From the sequence record MT135025.1: a DNA stretch of 64,000 nucleotides; one strand, given 5' to 3'. The notes under the pieces were generated by a model. It was not told where the DNA came from. It saw only the letters and a list, made by a program, of their open reading frames with translations, and did no database searches. The position numbers and the translations under genes were made by a program. Below are positions 29,585 through 38,895 of the stretch, piece after piece. Position 1 is the first letter of the stretch. The number at the start of each line of letters is the position of its first letter.

Positions 29585-31132
29585 ATGTTAGAGTTTATGA
29601 AATTCTGGACAAAAGAAGAAGAGCAGGACATTCAAAAAATCGAGAAAAACCCTGTCCGTTCGTTTTCTGCGCCAGATAACGTAGATGGTGCTAAAGAGAT
29701 TCATACTAACTTATTAGCACCTCAACTTGGTCATGCAATTATCCCGTCGGATGCTCAATCGGAAGGGACGATTCCGGTTAAGGAACTAATCAAGAGCTAT
29801 CGTGCTCTAGCAGAATATCACGAAGTCGATGATGCGATTCAAGAAATCGTCGATGAAGCAATCGTTTATGAAAACGATAAAGAAGTTGTGTGGTTGAACT
29901 TAGACAACACCGACTTTTCAGAAAATATCAAAGCTAAGATCAATGAAGAATTTGACCGCGTTGTAAGCTTGCTTCAAATGCGCAAACATGGTTACAAGTG
30001 GTTTAGAAAGTGGTATGTTGACTCTCGAATCTATTTCCACAAAATCTTAGACAAAGATAACAACATTATCGAATTGCGCCCGCTAAACCCGATGAAAATG
30101 GAGCTAGTGCGCGAGATTCAGAAAGAAACCATTGATGGCGTAGAAGTTGTAAAAGGAACGCTTGAGTATTACGTTTACAAGCAGTCTGACTACAAAATGC
30201 CGTCATGGATGAGCGCAACAAACCGTGCTCAGACATCATTCAGAATTCCAAAAGATGCAATTGTTTTCGCTCACAGCGGATTAATGCGCGGCTGTGCCGA
30301 TGACCCGTACATTATCGGTTATCTTGATCGTGCTATCAAGCCAGCAAACCAGTTGAAGATGCTAGAAGATGCGTTGGTAATCTATCGTCTAGCACGTGCT
30401 CCTGAACGTCGCGTATTCTATGTTGACGTTGGTAACTTGCCGACTCAGAAAGCACAGCAATACGTAAATGGCATCATGCAAAACGTTAAGAATCGTGTCG
30501 TGTATGATACACAGACTGGTCAAGTTAAGAATACGACTAATGCAATGTCAATGCTTGAAGACTACTACCTACCACGTCGAGAAGGTTCGAAGGGTACTGA
30601 GGTAAGCACACTACCTGGCGGTCAGTCGCTTGGAGACATCGAAGACGTATTGTACTTCAACCGTAAGTTGTATAAAGCAATGCGAATTCCGACATCACGC
30701 GCAGCGTCTGAAGATCAGACTGGTGGTATTAACTTCGGTCAGGGTGCAGAAATCACACGTGACGAATTGAAGTTTACTAAATTCGTGAAGCGTTTGCAAA
30801 CAAAATTCGAAACTGTAATTACCGATCCGCTTAAACATCAGTTGATTGTAAATAATATCATAACTGAAGAAGAGTGGGATGCTAATCACGAAAAACTTTA
30901 TGTTGTATTCAACCAAGACTCATATTTTGAAGAGGCTAAGGAATTAGAGATTCTAAATAGTCGTATGAACGCAATGCGTGACATTCAAGATTATGCTGGG
31001 AAATATTACAGTCATAAATACATTCAGAAAAACATTTTACGTTTGTCTGACGACCAGATTACTGCAATGCAGAAAGAAATCGACGAAGAAGAGACAAACC
31101 CAAGATTCCAACAAGACGATCAAGGATTTTAG
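29585..31132 (+). CDS. 20: Portal protein gp20
   Basis: 'EYHEVDDAIQEIVDEAIV', 'YRLARAPERRVFYVDVGNLP', 'PRREGSKGTEVSTLPGG', 'EITRDELKF'. Confidence 0.98.
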   Translation: MLEFMKFWTKEEEQDIQKIEKNPVRSFSAPDNVDGAKEIHTNLLAPQLGHAIIPSDAQSEGTIPVKELIKSYRALAEYHEVDDAIQEIVDEAIVYENDKEVVWLNLDNTDFSENIKAKINEEFDRVVSLLQMRKHGYKWFRKWYVDSRIYFHKILDKDNNIIELRPLNPMKMELVREIQKETIDGVEVVKGTLEYYVYKQSDYKMPSWMSATNRAQTSFRIPKDAIVFAHSGLMRGCADDPYIIGYLDRAIKPANQLKMLEDALVIYRLARAPERRVFYVDVGNLPTQKAQQYVNGIMQNVKNRVVYDTQTGQVKNTTNAMSMLEDYYLPRREGSKGTEVSTLPGGQSLGDIEDVLYFNRKLYKAMRIPTSRAASEDQTGGINFGQGAEITRDELKFTKFVKRLQTKFETVITDPLKHQLIVNNIITEEEWDANHEKLYVVFNQDSYFEEAKELEILNSRMNAMRDIQDYAGKYYSHKYIQKNILRLSDDQITAMQKEIDEEETNPRFQQDDQGF

Positions 31133-31144
31133 AGGTAGCAGATT

Positions 31145-31312
31145 ATGAGCTTAGAAACAATGGTAGCAGCGGCACGCGACGGTAAACTAGCAGATTTTGA
31201 AGCGCAATTCCGCCAAGAAATCGGGCAACGTGTAGCGGCTCGCATTGACGACATGAAGCAAGAGCTTGGTCGCTCAATCAAAGTAGACGGTGAAATCAAT
31301 CAGGAGGACTAA
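31145..31312 (+). CDS. 67: Prohead core protein gp67 (not in the ORF track, 55 aa)
   Basis: MSLETMVAAARDGKLADFEAQFRQEIGQRVAARIDDMKQELGRSIKVDGEINQED*. GAGG RBS, between 20 and 68, resembles T4 gp67. Confidence 0.85.
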   Translation: MSLETMVAAARDGKLADFEAQFRQEIGQRVAARIDDMKQELGRSIKVDGEINQED

Positions 31313-31803
31313 TGAAGTTCATTTCCGAAGCCGTACAAGAGAAAATGGTTGAAGACTTGGTTGAAGCAGTACTTGGCGGTCATCTTGATCGTCAAGATAT
31401 TAGCGATACAATCAAGGCGTTCGCCGAAGCTGAAGACATCGGCGTACACAGCAATAAAGACATCACAGATGAAGTCAATGTTGTTCTTGACGTGCTGAGT
31501 TCTCTTGAAAACGGATCAACATTTGAAGAAGCATGTGCAGAGTTCAATCTGTCTGAAAAACTGGTTAAGCAAGTATCTGTGGCTAATCAGAAAGCAGGCG
31601 GCCCTCTGATCTCTAAACGCATCGACCGAAAAACTGCCTCACGAAAAGCGACGCAGACGACTGGTCTAAGTAAATCGAAGAGACAAAAAACGGCTCGCAA
31701 AGCAGCTAAAACGCGCAGACGCCAAAAAGGCACAAGTGCAGAGCGAAAGGCTAATAAGTTGCGTAAAAAATCGCTGAAGAAGCGTAAGCAAATGGGGCTT
31801 TAA
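31312..31803 (+). CDS. 68: Prohead core protein gp68
   Basis: Basic C-terminus 'RKTASRKATQTTGLSKSKRQKTARKAAKTRR...RKKSLKKRKQMGL'; synteny. Confidence 0.9.
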   Translation: MKFISEAVQEKMVEDLVEAVLGGHLDRQDISDTIKAFAEAEDIGVHSNKDITDEVNVVLDVLSSLENGSTFEEACAEFNLSEKLVKQVSVANQKAGGPLISKRIDRKTASRKATQTTGLSKSKRQKTARKAAKTRRRQKGTSAERKANKLRKKSLKKRKQMGL

Positions 31804-31805
31804 TT

Positions 31806-32447
31806 ATGGAATTACAACTCTTAATTGAAGACTGGGGCGTATCGAGCTATGCAACCGCTGAGACTGGTGAAAAGCCACTTGTTGAAGCGAAAATGCCCGC
31901 TGAAAAGGGCGGCGACTTGTACATTGAAGGTATTTTCATGCAATCGAATGTCGTGAATCGTAATGGTCGCAGATATCCGAAAAAAGTCATGGAAAATGCC
32001 GTATCTAAATACATTCAAGAGCAAGTCAAGACGAATCAAGCGTTGGGCGAGCTTAATCACCCTAGCCGTTCGAACGTCGATCCTGCTGAAGCTGCAATTC
32101 GTATCACTGAGTTGTGGTGGGATGGCGATAACGTAATGGGAAAAGCAATCGTACTAAATACTCCGAAGGGACAAATCGTACGCGGTCTAATCGAAGGCGG
32201 TTGGGTTCCGGGCGTAAGTTCACGAGGTCTTGGTTCAGTTAAGCAAGTTGACGGGATCAACGAAGTACAAGACTTTCGTCTTACAGTTGGTGTGGATGTA
32301 GTGTGGGGTCCGAGTGCGCCTGCTGCATACGTTAAACCAGTAACTGAGTCAAATGAAGCTGCTAAATCAGTAAAAACAGAAGAAATTACAGAAAGTAATG
32401 ACGCTGAGTTTGCGAAACTAGCGGAAACGTTAAAAACTCTCTTATAA
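31806..32447 (+). CDS. 21: Prohead protease gp21
   Basis: 'LYIEGIFMQSNVVNRNGRRYPK', 'ALGELNHP', 'GVSSRGLGS'. Confidence 0.97.
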   Translation: MELQLLIEDWGVSSYATAETGEKPLVEAKMPAEKGGDLYIEGIFMQSNVVNRNGRRYPKKVMENAVSKYIQEQVKTNQALGELNHPSRSNVDPAEAAIRITELWWDGDNVMGKAIVLNTPKGQIVRGLIEGGWVPGVSSRGLGSVKQVDGINEVQDFRLTVGVDVVWGPSAPAAYVKPVTESNEAAKSVKTEEITESNDAEFAKLAETLKTLL

Positions 32448-32450
32448 ATA
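32443..32450 (+). promoter_or_regulatory. Late promoter for gene 22
   Basis: TATAAATA. Confidence 0.85.
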
Positions 32451-32479
32451 TATAAAACATATTTAAGGAATTGAAGAAG

Positions 32480-33322
32480 ATGCAAATCAAAGAGCAACTA
32501 CTTGAAGCGGTATCAAAAGACGATACTAAAATCACTACTGCTTTGGATGGCATTTTTGAATCAGTTGAACTTTCCGAAGATGTTCGTAATAAGTTCAGCA
32601 CTGTTTTCGAAAGTGTAATCAAGACTAAAGCCGTTGAGCTTGCCGAAGCACATATTGCTGAAGCTGCTGAAAAGGCTGAAGCAGTAATCAACGAACACAA
32701 AGAAGAGCTAAATGAAGCTGCTGAAAAATACGGCGAACATCTAGCAGAGCAAATGGCGAACAAACTTGATTCATACCTAGATCACGTTGTTGAAGCTTGG
32801 ATGGCTGAAAACAAACTAGCGGTTGAAAATGGTCTGAAAGTTTCTATGTTCGACGGCTTGATGGAAGGCATGAAAAATGTATTCATCGAGAACAACGTTC
32901 ACTGCCCAGACGAGAAGATCGACATGATCGAAGCTCTTGAAGAAAATATTCAAGACCTTGAAAGCCGTCTAGACGCAGTTATCGTCGAAAATCGCCAACA
33001 CAAAGAATACGCTAACTACGTAGAGAAAAACATCATCATCGAGCGCGTGACTGCTGGTATGGCTGAATCTCAAAAAGAGAAAGTTGCTGACCTAGCCGAG
33101 TCAATCCGCTTCGACGAGAACTTTGAAGACAATCTAAATAGTGTTATCAAGTTCGCTTCTGGTATCAAGCTTGCTGAAAAAGAAGATATGGAAGATGACA
33201 AGAAGCCGGCTGAGAAAAAAGACGGTGAAGACGACGCTGAGAAGAAAGACGACAAAGAAATGAAAGAATCCGCAGTACCATCTATGGCTGCATACTTGAA
33301 AGCTGCTCGTACTACTCGATAA
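32480..33322 (+). CDS. 22: Prohead scaffolding protein gp22
   Basis: ATG 32480 after AAGGA. 'LDGIFESVELSEDVRNKFSTVFE' and 'KLDSYLDHVVEAWMAENKLAVENGLK'; acidic coiled coil. Confidence 0.95.
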   Translation: MQIKEQLLEAVSKDDTKITTALDGIFESVELSEDVRNKFSTVFESVIKTKAVELAEAHIAEAAEKAEAVINEHKEELNEAAEKYGEHLAEQMANKLDSYLDHVVEAWMAENKLAVENGLKVSMFDGLMEGMKNVFIENNVHCPDEKIDMIEALEENIQDLESRLDAVIVENRQHKEYANYVEKNIIIERVTAGMAESQKEKVADLAESIRFDENFEDNLNSVIKFASGIKLAEKEDMEDDKKPAEKKDGEDDAEKKDDKEMKESAVPSMAAYLKAARTTR

Positions 33323-33346
33323 GCAATAAAACGTGATTTCACGTTA

Positions 33347-33354
33347 TATAAATA
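33347..33354 (+). promoter_or_regulatory. Late promoter for gene 23
   Basis: TATAAATA. Confidence 0.9.
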
Positions 33355-33392
33355 CTTTTGTAAATTTTAGAATTAATTAAGGAATCATTCAA

Positions 33393-34937
33393 ATGAACCT
33401 AACTGAAAAATGGAAAGACTTGCTTGAAGCAGAAGGTGCGGATATGCCAGAGATTGCAACTGCAACTAAGCAAAAAATCATGTCGAAAATCTTTGAAAAC
33501 CAAGATCGCGACATCAACAACGATCCGATGTATCGTGACCCGCAACTTGTTGAAGCATTCAATGCTGGTCTTAACGAAGCTGTAGTTAACGGCGACCACG
33601 GTTACGATCCTGCGAATATCGCACAAGGCGTTACTACTGGTGCAGTAACTAACATCGGCCCTACCGTAATGGGTATGGTACGTCGTGCTATTCCACAGCT
33701 TATCGCTTTCGATATTGCTGGTGTTCAGCCAATGACTGGTCCAACTAGCCAAGTATTCACACTTCGCTCAGTATACGGTAAAGATCCTCTAACTGGCGCA
33801 GAAGCATTCCATCCGACTCGTCAAGCTGACGCTTCGTTCTCTGGTCAAGCTGCTGCATCGACAATTGCAGACTTCCCAACTACTGGTGCTGCAACTGACG
33901 GTACTCCGTACAAAGCTGAAGTAACTACTTCTGGTGGCGACGTTTCAATGCGTTACTTCCTAGCACTAGGCGCTGTTACTCTAGCAGTAGCTGGTCAAAT
34001 GACTGCAACTGAATACACTGACGGTGTTGCGGGTGGTCTGCTTGTTGAAATCGACGCTGGTATGGCAACTTCTCAGGCTGAACTACAAGAGAACTTCAAC
34101 GGTTCAAGCAACAACGAGTGGAACGAAATGTCATTCCGCATCGACAAACAAGTTGTTGAAGCGAAATCTCGTCAATTGAAAGCTCAATACTCAATCGAGC
34201 TTGCGCAAGACCTACGTGCTGTACACGGTCTAGACGCTGACGCTGAACTGAGCGGTATCCTAGCTAACGAAGTAATGGTTGAACTGAACCGTGAAATCGT
34301 TAACCTAGTTAACTCTCAAGCTCAAATCGGTAAGTCTGGCTGGACTCAAGGCGCAGGTGCTGCTGGTGTGTTTGACTTCTCAGACGCAGTAGACGTGAAA
34401 GGCGCTCGTTGGGCTGGTGAAGCTTACAAAGCTCTATTGATCCAAATCGAAAAAGAAGCGAACGAAATCGGTCGTCAAACTGGTCGTGGTAACGGTAACT
34501 TCATCATTGCATCACGCAACGTAGTTTCTGCACTATCAATGACTGATACTCTTGTTGGTCCTGCTGCACAAGGTATGCAAGACGGTTCAATGAACACTGA
34601 CACTAACCAAACTGTGTTCGCGGGTGTTCTAGGCGGTCGCTTCAAAGTGTACATCGACCAATACGCAGTGAACGATTACTTCACAGTTGGTTTCAAAGGT
34701 TCTACTGAAATGGACGCTGGTGTGTTCTACTCACCTTACGTACCGCTGACTCCACTACGTGGTTCAGACAGCAAGAACTTCCAGCCAGTAATCGGGTTCA
34801 AGACTCGTTACGGTGTGCAAGTTAACCCATTCGCAGATCCAACTGCTTCGGCAACTAAAGTTGGTAACGGTGCTCCAATCGCTGCATCAATGGGCAAAAA
34901 CGCTTACTTCCGTCGCGTATTCGTTAAGGGTCTGTAA
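33393..34937 (+). CDS. 23: Major capsid protein gp23
   Basis: 'GMVRRAIPQLIAFDIAGVQPMTGPT', 'AKSRQLKAQYSIELAQDLRAVHGLDADAEL', 'FQPVIGFKTRYG'. Confidence 0.99.
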   Translation: MNLTEKWKDLLEAEGADMPEIATATKQKIMSKIFENQDRDINNDPMYRDPQLVEAFNAGLNEAVVNGDHGYDPANIAQGVTTGAVTNIGPTVMGMVRRAIPQLIAFDIAGVQPMTGPTSQVFTLRSVYGKDPLTGAEAFHPTRQADASFSGQAAASTIADFPTTGAATDGTPYKAEVTTSGGDVSMRYFLALGAVTLAVAGQMTATEYTDGVAGGLLVEIDAGMATSQAELQENFNGSSNNEWNEMSFRIDKQVVEAKSRQLKAQYSIELAQDLRAVHGLDADAELSGILANEVMVELNREIVNLVNSQAQIGKSGWTQGAGAAGVFDFSDAVDVKGARWAGEAYKALLIQIEKEANEIGRQTGRGNGNFIIASRNVVSALSMTDTLVGPAAQGMQDGSMNTDTNQTVFAGVLGGRFKVYIDQYAVNDYFTVGFKGSTEMDAGVFYSPYVPLTPLRGSDSKNFQPVIGFKTRYGVQVNPFADPTASATKVGNGAPIAASMGKNAYFRRVFVKGL

Positions 34938-34962
34938 TAGACTCTTAATTGAAACAGACAAC

Positions 34963-34989
34963 AAAGGGGACTCTTCTGAGTCCCTTTTT
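34963..34989. terminator. Bidirectional terminator between gene 23 and cca
   Basis: AAAG-GGGACTC-TTCT-GAGTCCC-TTTTT. Confidence 0.85.
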
Positions 34990-34993
34990 GCGT

Positions 34994-36091
34994 TTATAGA
35001 CTATGCAAATAATTGTAGGCGATACTGACTCGCTTATCTTCTAGAGCTTCGCCGTATGCAGGTCCCGGCTCAACGTCAACTTTGATATTTCGAGTTAGTT
35101 CAATTAACTCAGTGAGCATTTTACGCTTCACTTCATCTTTTACTTGCGATAATGCAACTTCGAACGGTAGACCTTCTTTGTATGCACCTAGTTTACGTAA
35201 AACAATGACAATCGTTTCATCAAATGCATTAGCAACGTTTAGACTCATCAAGATCTCAGATGCTTTATCAAATTGCTTAGTCGCACCGAATTTTCGAGTG
35301 TAACGATTACGATGGTCGAATGATGCCCATTTAGCAATTAGCTGCACATCTTCACACTTGAAAGGCATACGATTGTAGAACTTCAATTCAAGCAATTCGC
35401 GTGCGCTAGGTACTGCACAGAACCCAATTTGACCTAAAAATGCGAAGTACATGTGCGCGTCTTTCTCAGACAGTGCTTTTTGAGTCTCTAGCCACACACG
35501 TTCTTTAGGTAGATTCTCAAGCATACCGTCATTGATCATCTTCTTGCATAGCTCAATCGTTTCTTCTGCGACTGCAAATCCCATGCCGTAGTAACGAGCA
35601 TAGAAACGAGCAACACGCAGAACACGCAATGGGTCTTCAGCAAATGCTTCAGTCGTGTGACGAAGAATCTTATTTTTCAAGTCGTCTAGACCCCCGTACG
35701 GGTCGATGATGTCATCAGTCGAGCCCCACATGAATAGACTATTCGGTGTCATGTCTGGTATAGCCATTGAGTTGATAGTCAGATCTCGTCGAGATAAGTC
35801 GTCTTCTAACGTAACACCGTCAGTTGTGAAAGTGAAGTCAGTAGTTTTACCGCCAGTGCTACGCTCTACACGAGCAAGCGCGACTTCATTACCGTCTTTA
35901 TCAAGCCAAACAGGGAAATCAGCGCCGATTGGCTCGCCGTACATAGCCATCATTTGCTCATGCGTACAACCGGTTACTACGTAATCAATGTCTTTCGGGA
36001 ATCTAGACCAACCCTCGACATGTTTCAGAATGGAGTCGCGTACTGCGCCACCGACAATGTATTTTTTCATCAAGTTAAGATTCGCTTTCAT
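34994..36091 (-). CDS. cca: tRNA nucleotidyltransferase (CCA-adding enzyme, class II)
   Basis: 'YIVGGAVRD', 'DIDYVV', 'EVALARVER', 'LEDDLSRRDLTINSMA', 'FAEDPLRVLRVARFYARY'. Confidence 0.95.
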   Translation of the reverse strand: MKANLNLMKKYIVGGAVRDSILKHVEGWSRFPKDIDYVVTGCTHEQMMAMYGEPIGADFPVWLDKDGNEVALARVERSTGGKTTDFTFTTDGVTLEDDLSRRDLTINSMAIPDMTPNSLFMWGSTDDIIDPYGGLDDLKNKILRHTTEAFAEDPLRVLRVARFYARYYGMGFAVAEETIELCKKMINDGMLENLPKERVWLETQKALSEKDAHMYFAFLGQIGFCAVPSARELLELKFYNRMPFKCEDVQLIAKWASFDHRNRYTRKFGATKQFDKASEILMSLNVANAFDETIVIVLRKLGAYKEGLPFEVALSQVKDEVKRKMLTELIELTRNIKVDVEPGPAYGEALEDKRVSIAYNYLHSL

Positions 36092-36113
36092 TGTGCTCTC
36101 CTTTTGAACCTAT

Positions 36114-36142
36114 ACAGTACATGACTAAATAATATAAGTCAA
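36114..36142 (-). promoter_or_regulatory. Probable sigma70-type promoter for cca
   Basis: TTGACT-17 nt-TACTGT on the minus strand; the -10 is weak. Confidence 0.5.
36124..36131 (+). promoter_or_regulatory. Probable late promoter variant for the 36.1-38.8 kb operon
   Basis: ACTAAATA, sharing the TAAATA core of the other late promoters. Confidence 0.5.
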
Positions 36143-36150
36143 CCAGATTT

Positions 36151-36504
36151 ATGAGAAGATTTATGGAATACACAAAATACGAGATTCAGAAATATCGTAG
36201 TCGTAGAAGTCATGGCATCAATCTGCCAGATTACAACGGAGCGATATACATCGACTTGCCAAGTAGCCCGTGTGGGTCTGATAGCAATTACTTTGCTGTA
36301 CTGAACAGCGAAGAGCAAATCGCAGTTGAGATTGCATTTGGCGGGTATTACAACGAAACTGAGGGTGATAGAGACCCTATACCAGAAGATACCGATTTTC
36401 ATTTGATTGGTTCTCAGGGTCATTATGAAGCTCAGGGGCGAATGTTTAATAGCAACTTGCGCGTATGGCTGCGAGGGGCGGGTAAAATCACTATAATTTA
36501 CTAA
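36151..36504 (+). CDS. Hypothetical protein (start may be ATG 36163)
   Basis: 117 aa, beta-rich, directly upstream of the double-foldon fibre gene. Confidence 0.7.
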   Translation: MRRFMEYTKYEIQKYRSRRSHGINLPDYNGAIYIDLPSSPCGSDSNYFAVLNSEEQIAVEIAFGGYYNETEGDRDPIPEDTDFHLIGSQGHYEAQGRMFNSNLRVWLRGAGKITIIY

Positions 36505-36513
36505 GGGAATACT

Positions 36514-37968
36514 ATGTCAAGTATTAATATACCTGGCTTCGGCTACTCGGCTGTACCTGAATCGCCAAACGATGGGCAGCTATACGGTAGACGAAATGCC
36601 ACATGGGAGTTAATTGCTCTCTCAGACGGTGTGTTAGAAGCACCCGCAGACGGACAAGAATATGTTCGAAAAGATTTTCAATGGGTTTTGCCAACTTACC
36701 CAACTTATACCGCAAGTAATATTAGCCTAACGTCGTCGTTATTCGCGTCAACGAATGTTCACGATGCGCTTGAGGAACTTTACTACGAAAACCCACTCAA
36801 TGTCGTGCTTGTTCGCAGCGAAGATGATCTGCCAGCCCCACAACTGATCAATGGTGTGTTGACGCACAAACTCGAAGAAAAGGAATATGTCATTGATGGT
36901 AATGTTACGATTGCAAATTCACTAGGGTTTCCGGGGCCCGGGATCAGTGCAACGATTAAAGCGATAAACCGTTCAGTGTTGACTTATACTGGAACCGATG
37001 CCATGTTCTATGATCTAGGAGCACAAGGCAATATTGAAATCGCTGGTCAGACTGAGTTCCAAGCCCCGAATGCCGACATGTTCAATTTGATTTCTGGTGC
37101 GGGTGGTTTCTCATTTCAGTCACGGTATGCTGACCGATTCAATAACTGTGACCGTCTAGGTGAAGTTTACTGCGGCGGATTATCTACGATTGTGTTCAAT
37201 AACGGTACATTCAGAAACTTCAATCAAGGGCTTGTTGTTCACGACCCGGGCTTTTTTGAAGTAAACACGTTCTTCGTATTCGGAAACAATCAAGCCGGTT
37301 GCACGTACTTTACAGTACAAGGAACATCATCAACTGGCTCGATTAACATCGACACAGTGACATGTTCTATCGGGACAAATGAGACAATTTTCAATTTTAA
37401 CCCGAATATCCAAGCAACTATTGATACGATCAACGTTCGAAACTGTAGTCTTCGTGGACCACTGAACGGTACGCTATTTGCACCGGGAAGTTTGACACCT
37501 CGTGATTTCAAATTTGAAAGTCTTGGTAACACTCTTATCCCGAATACGGTTCAGGGTGGTTTGTTGTCATTATCTAGCAATGCGACACCAACTGTAGTCG
37601 GGGCAGTAAATACTCCAACACTTGCGGCAGGTACATGGGTTGTTCAAGAAACATCACATTTCCTAGGTTCAACGGGAGGTCGTTTGACTTCGCAAGTTAT
37701 TAGAGACATTTCGACTAGTATTGATGCGTCAATGACAGTTGAACCATCATCAGGTCAGGGTATCGTAATTCGCGCATACTTAGCTAAAAACGGTGTTCCG
37801 ATTGCAGCAAGTGCAAAAACAACAACTGCTGATAGCGGTAAAGCTGGATTCTTGTCACTTACATGGCAAATGGACATTTCACAAGGTGATTATATTGAGC
37901 TATTTGTCGAAAATAGAACCGGTTCAACGTCGATTATTGTCACAGATGCTACGTTACGCATCCCGTAA
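36514..37968 (+). CDS. Putative trimeric fibre/decoration protein with two foldon-like motifs, a beta-solenoid-like middle and a jelly-roll C-terminus
   Basis: 'VPESPNDGQLYGRRNATWEL' and 'VLEAPADGQEYVRKDFQWVL' compared with the T4 foldon [23 protein letters not shown]. Also 'ASNISL...ASTNVHDALEEL' and C-terminal 'AYLAKNG...MDISQGDYIELFVEN'. Confidence 0.7.
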   Translation: MSSINIPGFGYSAVPESPNDGQLYGRRNATWELIALSDGVLEAPADGQEYVRKDFQWVLPTYPTYTASNISLTSSLFASTNVHDALEELYYENPLNVVLVRSEDDLPAPQLINGVLTHKLEEKEYVIDGNVTIANSLGFPGPGISATIKAINRSVLTYTGTDAMFYDLGAQGNIEIAGQTEFQAPNADMFNLISGAGGFSFQSRYADRFNNCDRLGEVYCGGLSTIVFNNGTFRNFNQGLVVHDPGFFEVNTFFVFGNNQAGCTYFTVQGTSSTGSINIDTVTCSIGTNETIFNFNPNIQATIDTINVRNCSLRGPLNGTLFAPGSLTPRDFKFESLGNTLIPNTVQGGLLSLSSNATPTVVGAVNTPTLAAGTWVVQETSHFLGSTGGRLTSQVIRDISTSIDASMTVEPSSGQGIVIRAYLAKNGVPIAASAKTTTADSGKAGFLSLTWQMDISQGDYIELFVENRTGSTSIIVTDATLRIP

Positions 37969-38004
37969 TAAATATAATTGAATGAATAAATTTGGAGATT
38001 CACA

Positions 38005-38496
38005 ATGAGTCAATTGAAAACACACGCAGATTCACTAACTAAAGCAGAACTAGATGAGTTTGCACAAGAGTTTTACGGCATCGAGCTTGATCGTCGTAAA
38101 TCAAAAGGAGCTATGACTAAAGCTCTTCTTGAGGGTGCGGAAGGTAAAACTCCACTGAAGCAACTTCCGTGGGAAGAACTTCTTCTTGAAGAAACACCCG
38201 AGCCAGTCGTAGAGACGGAAGTCAAAGAAGAATCCGAATCTGTTAAAGTTGAGATTCCAAAAGATGATTCTTTCGAGCCTCTACCACTACCTTTCAAACG
38301 CGGGCATGAACGTTTCATGATTGCGTCTGATTCTGCCGTTGAATCGGCAAAGGGAATTGTTGCAGGTAAAGTCTCGCTTGACGATGTGCTTGCATCAGAT
38401 CTTCGCGTAGTTAAATCAATCTTGCATTATGTCGAGCAAGACGGCAAGGTGCTAGTGCGTGAAACTCGCAATAGTCAATTCATCACAATTAAATAG
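38005..38496 (+). CDS. inh: Inhibitor of prohead protease Inh, paralogue 1
   Basis: 'KAELDEFAQEFYGIELDRRKS' and end 'ILHYVEQDGKVLVRETRNSQFITIK' (T4 Inh ends YYINRDGSVLIRETRNSSFVTLK). AATAAATA at 37967. Confidence 0.9.
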   Translation: MSQLKTHADSLTKAELDEFAQEFYGIELDRRKSKGAMTKALLEGAEGKTPLKQLPWEELLLEETPEPVVETEVKEESESVKVEIPKDDSFEPLPLPFKRGHERFMIASDSAVESAKGIVAGKVSLDDVLASDLRVVKSILHYVEQDGKVLVRETRNSQFITIK

Positions 38497-38504
38497 GAAC
38501 TGAA

Positions 38505-38837
38505 ATGACAACACCAATCAACACTGATATGAACCTTGCAGTCACTCTTGATGATTTGACTGTAGCAGCGGCAATCGCTGCAAAAAGTGGGTACGATGAT
38601 GTGACAACTTCCGCACTAAATCACGCGGGTGAGTCATACATCATTGTAGACAAGCAAACTTATGAAGAGCTTAAAGCTGCGATTGAGACTGCTAGTCCGT
38701 TGAGTTCAATCACTGGTCTTTCTCAAGAATGTGTTGACATTCTAGCAGGAGCAGTTGATTCAGCAACGACACTTTGCCGCGAACACACTAACAGTCGATT
38801 CTTCCGAATCGCATGGACTGTTACAGTAACGCCATAA
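38505..38837 (+). CDS. Hypothetical protein
   Basis: 110 aa, AGGA RBS, follows inh. Confidence 0.75.
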   Translation: MTTPINTDMNLAVTLDDLTVAAAIAAKSGYDDVTTSALNHAGESYIIVDKQTYEELKAAIETASPLSSITGLSQECVDILAGAVDSATTLCREHTNSRFFRIAWTVTVTP

Positions 38838-38840
38838 TAG

Positions 38841-38867
38841 AAAAGCCCGCTAAATGCGGGCTTTTTT
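38841..38867. terminator. Bidirectional terminator
   Basis: AAAAGCCCGC-TAAAT-GCGGGCTTTTTT between convergent genes. Confidence 0.85.
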
Positions 38868-38895
38868 GTGTCTACGAGACGCGCTGTAAGCGATT

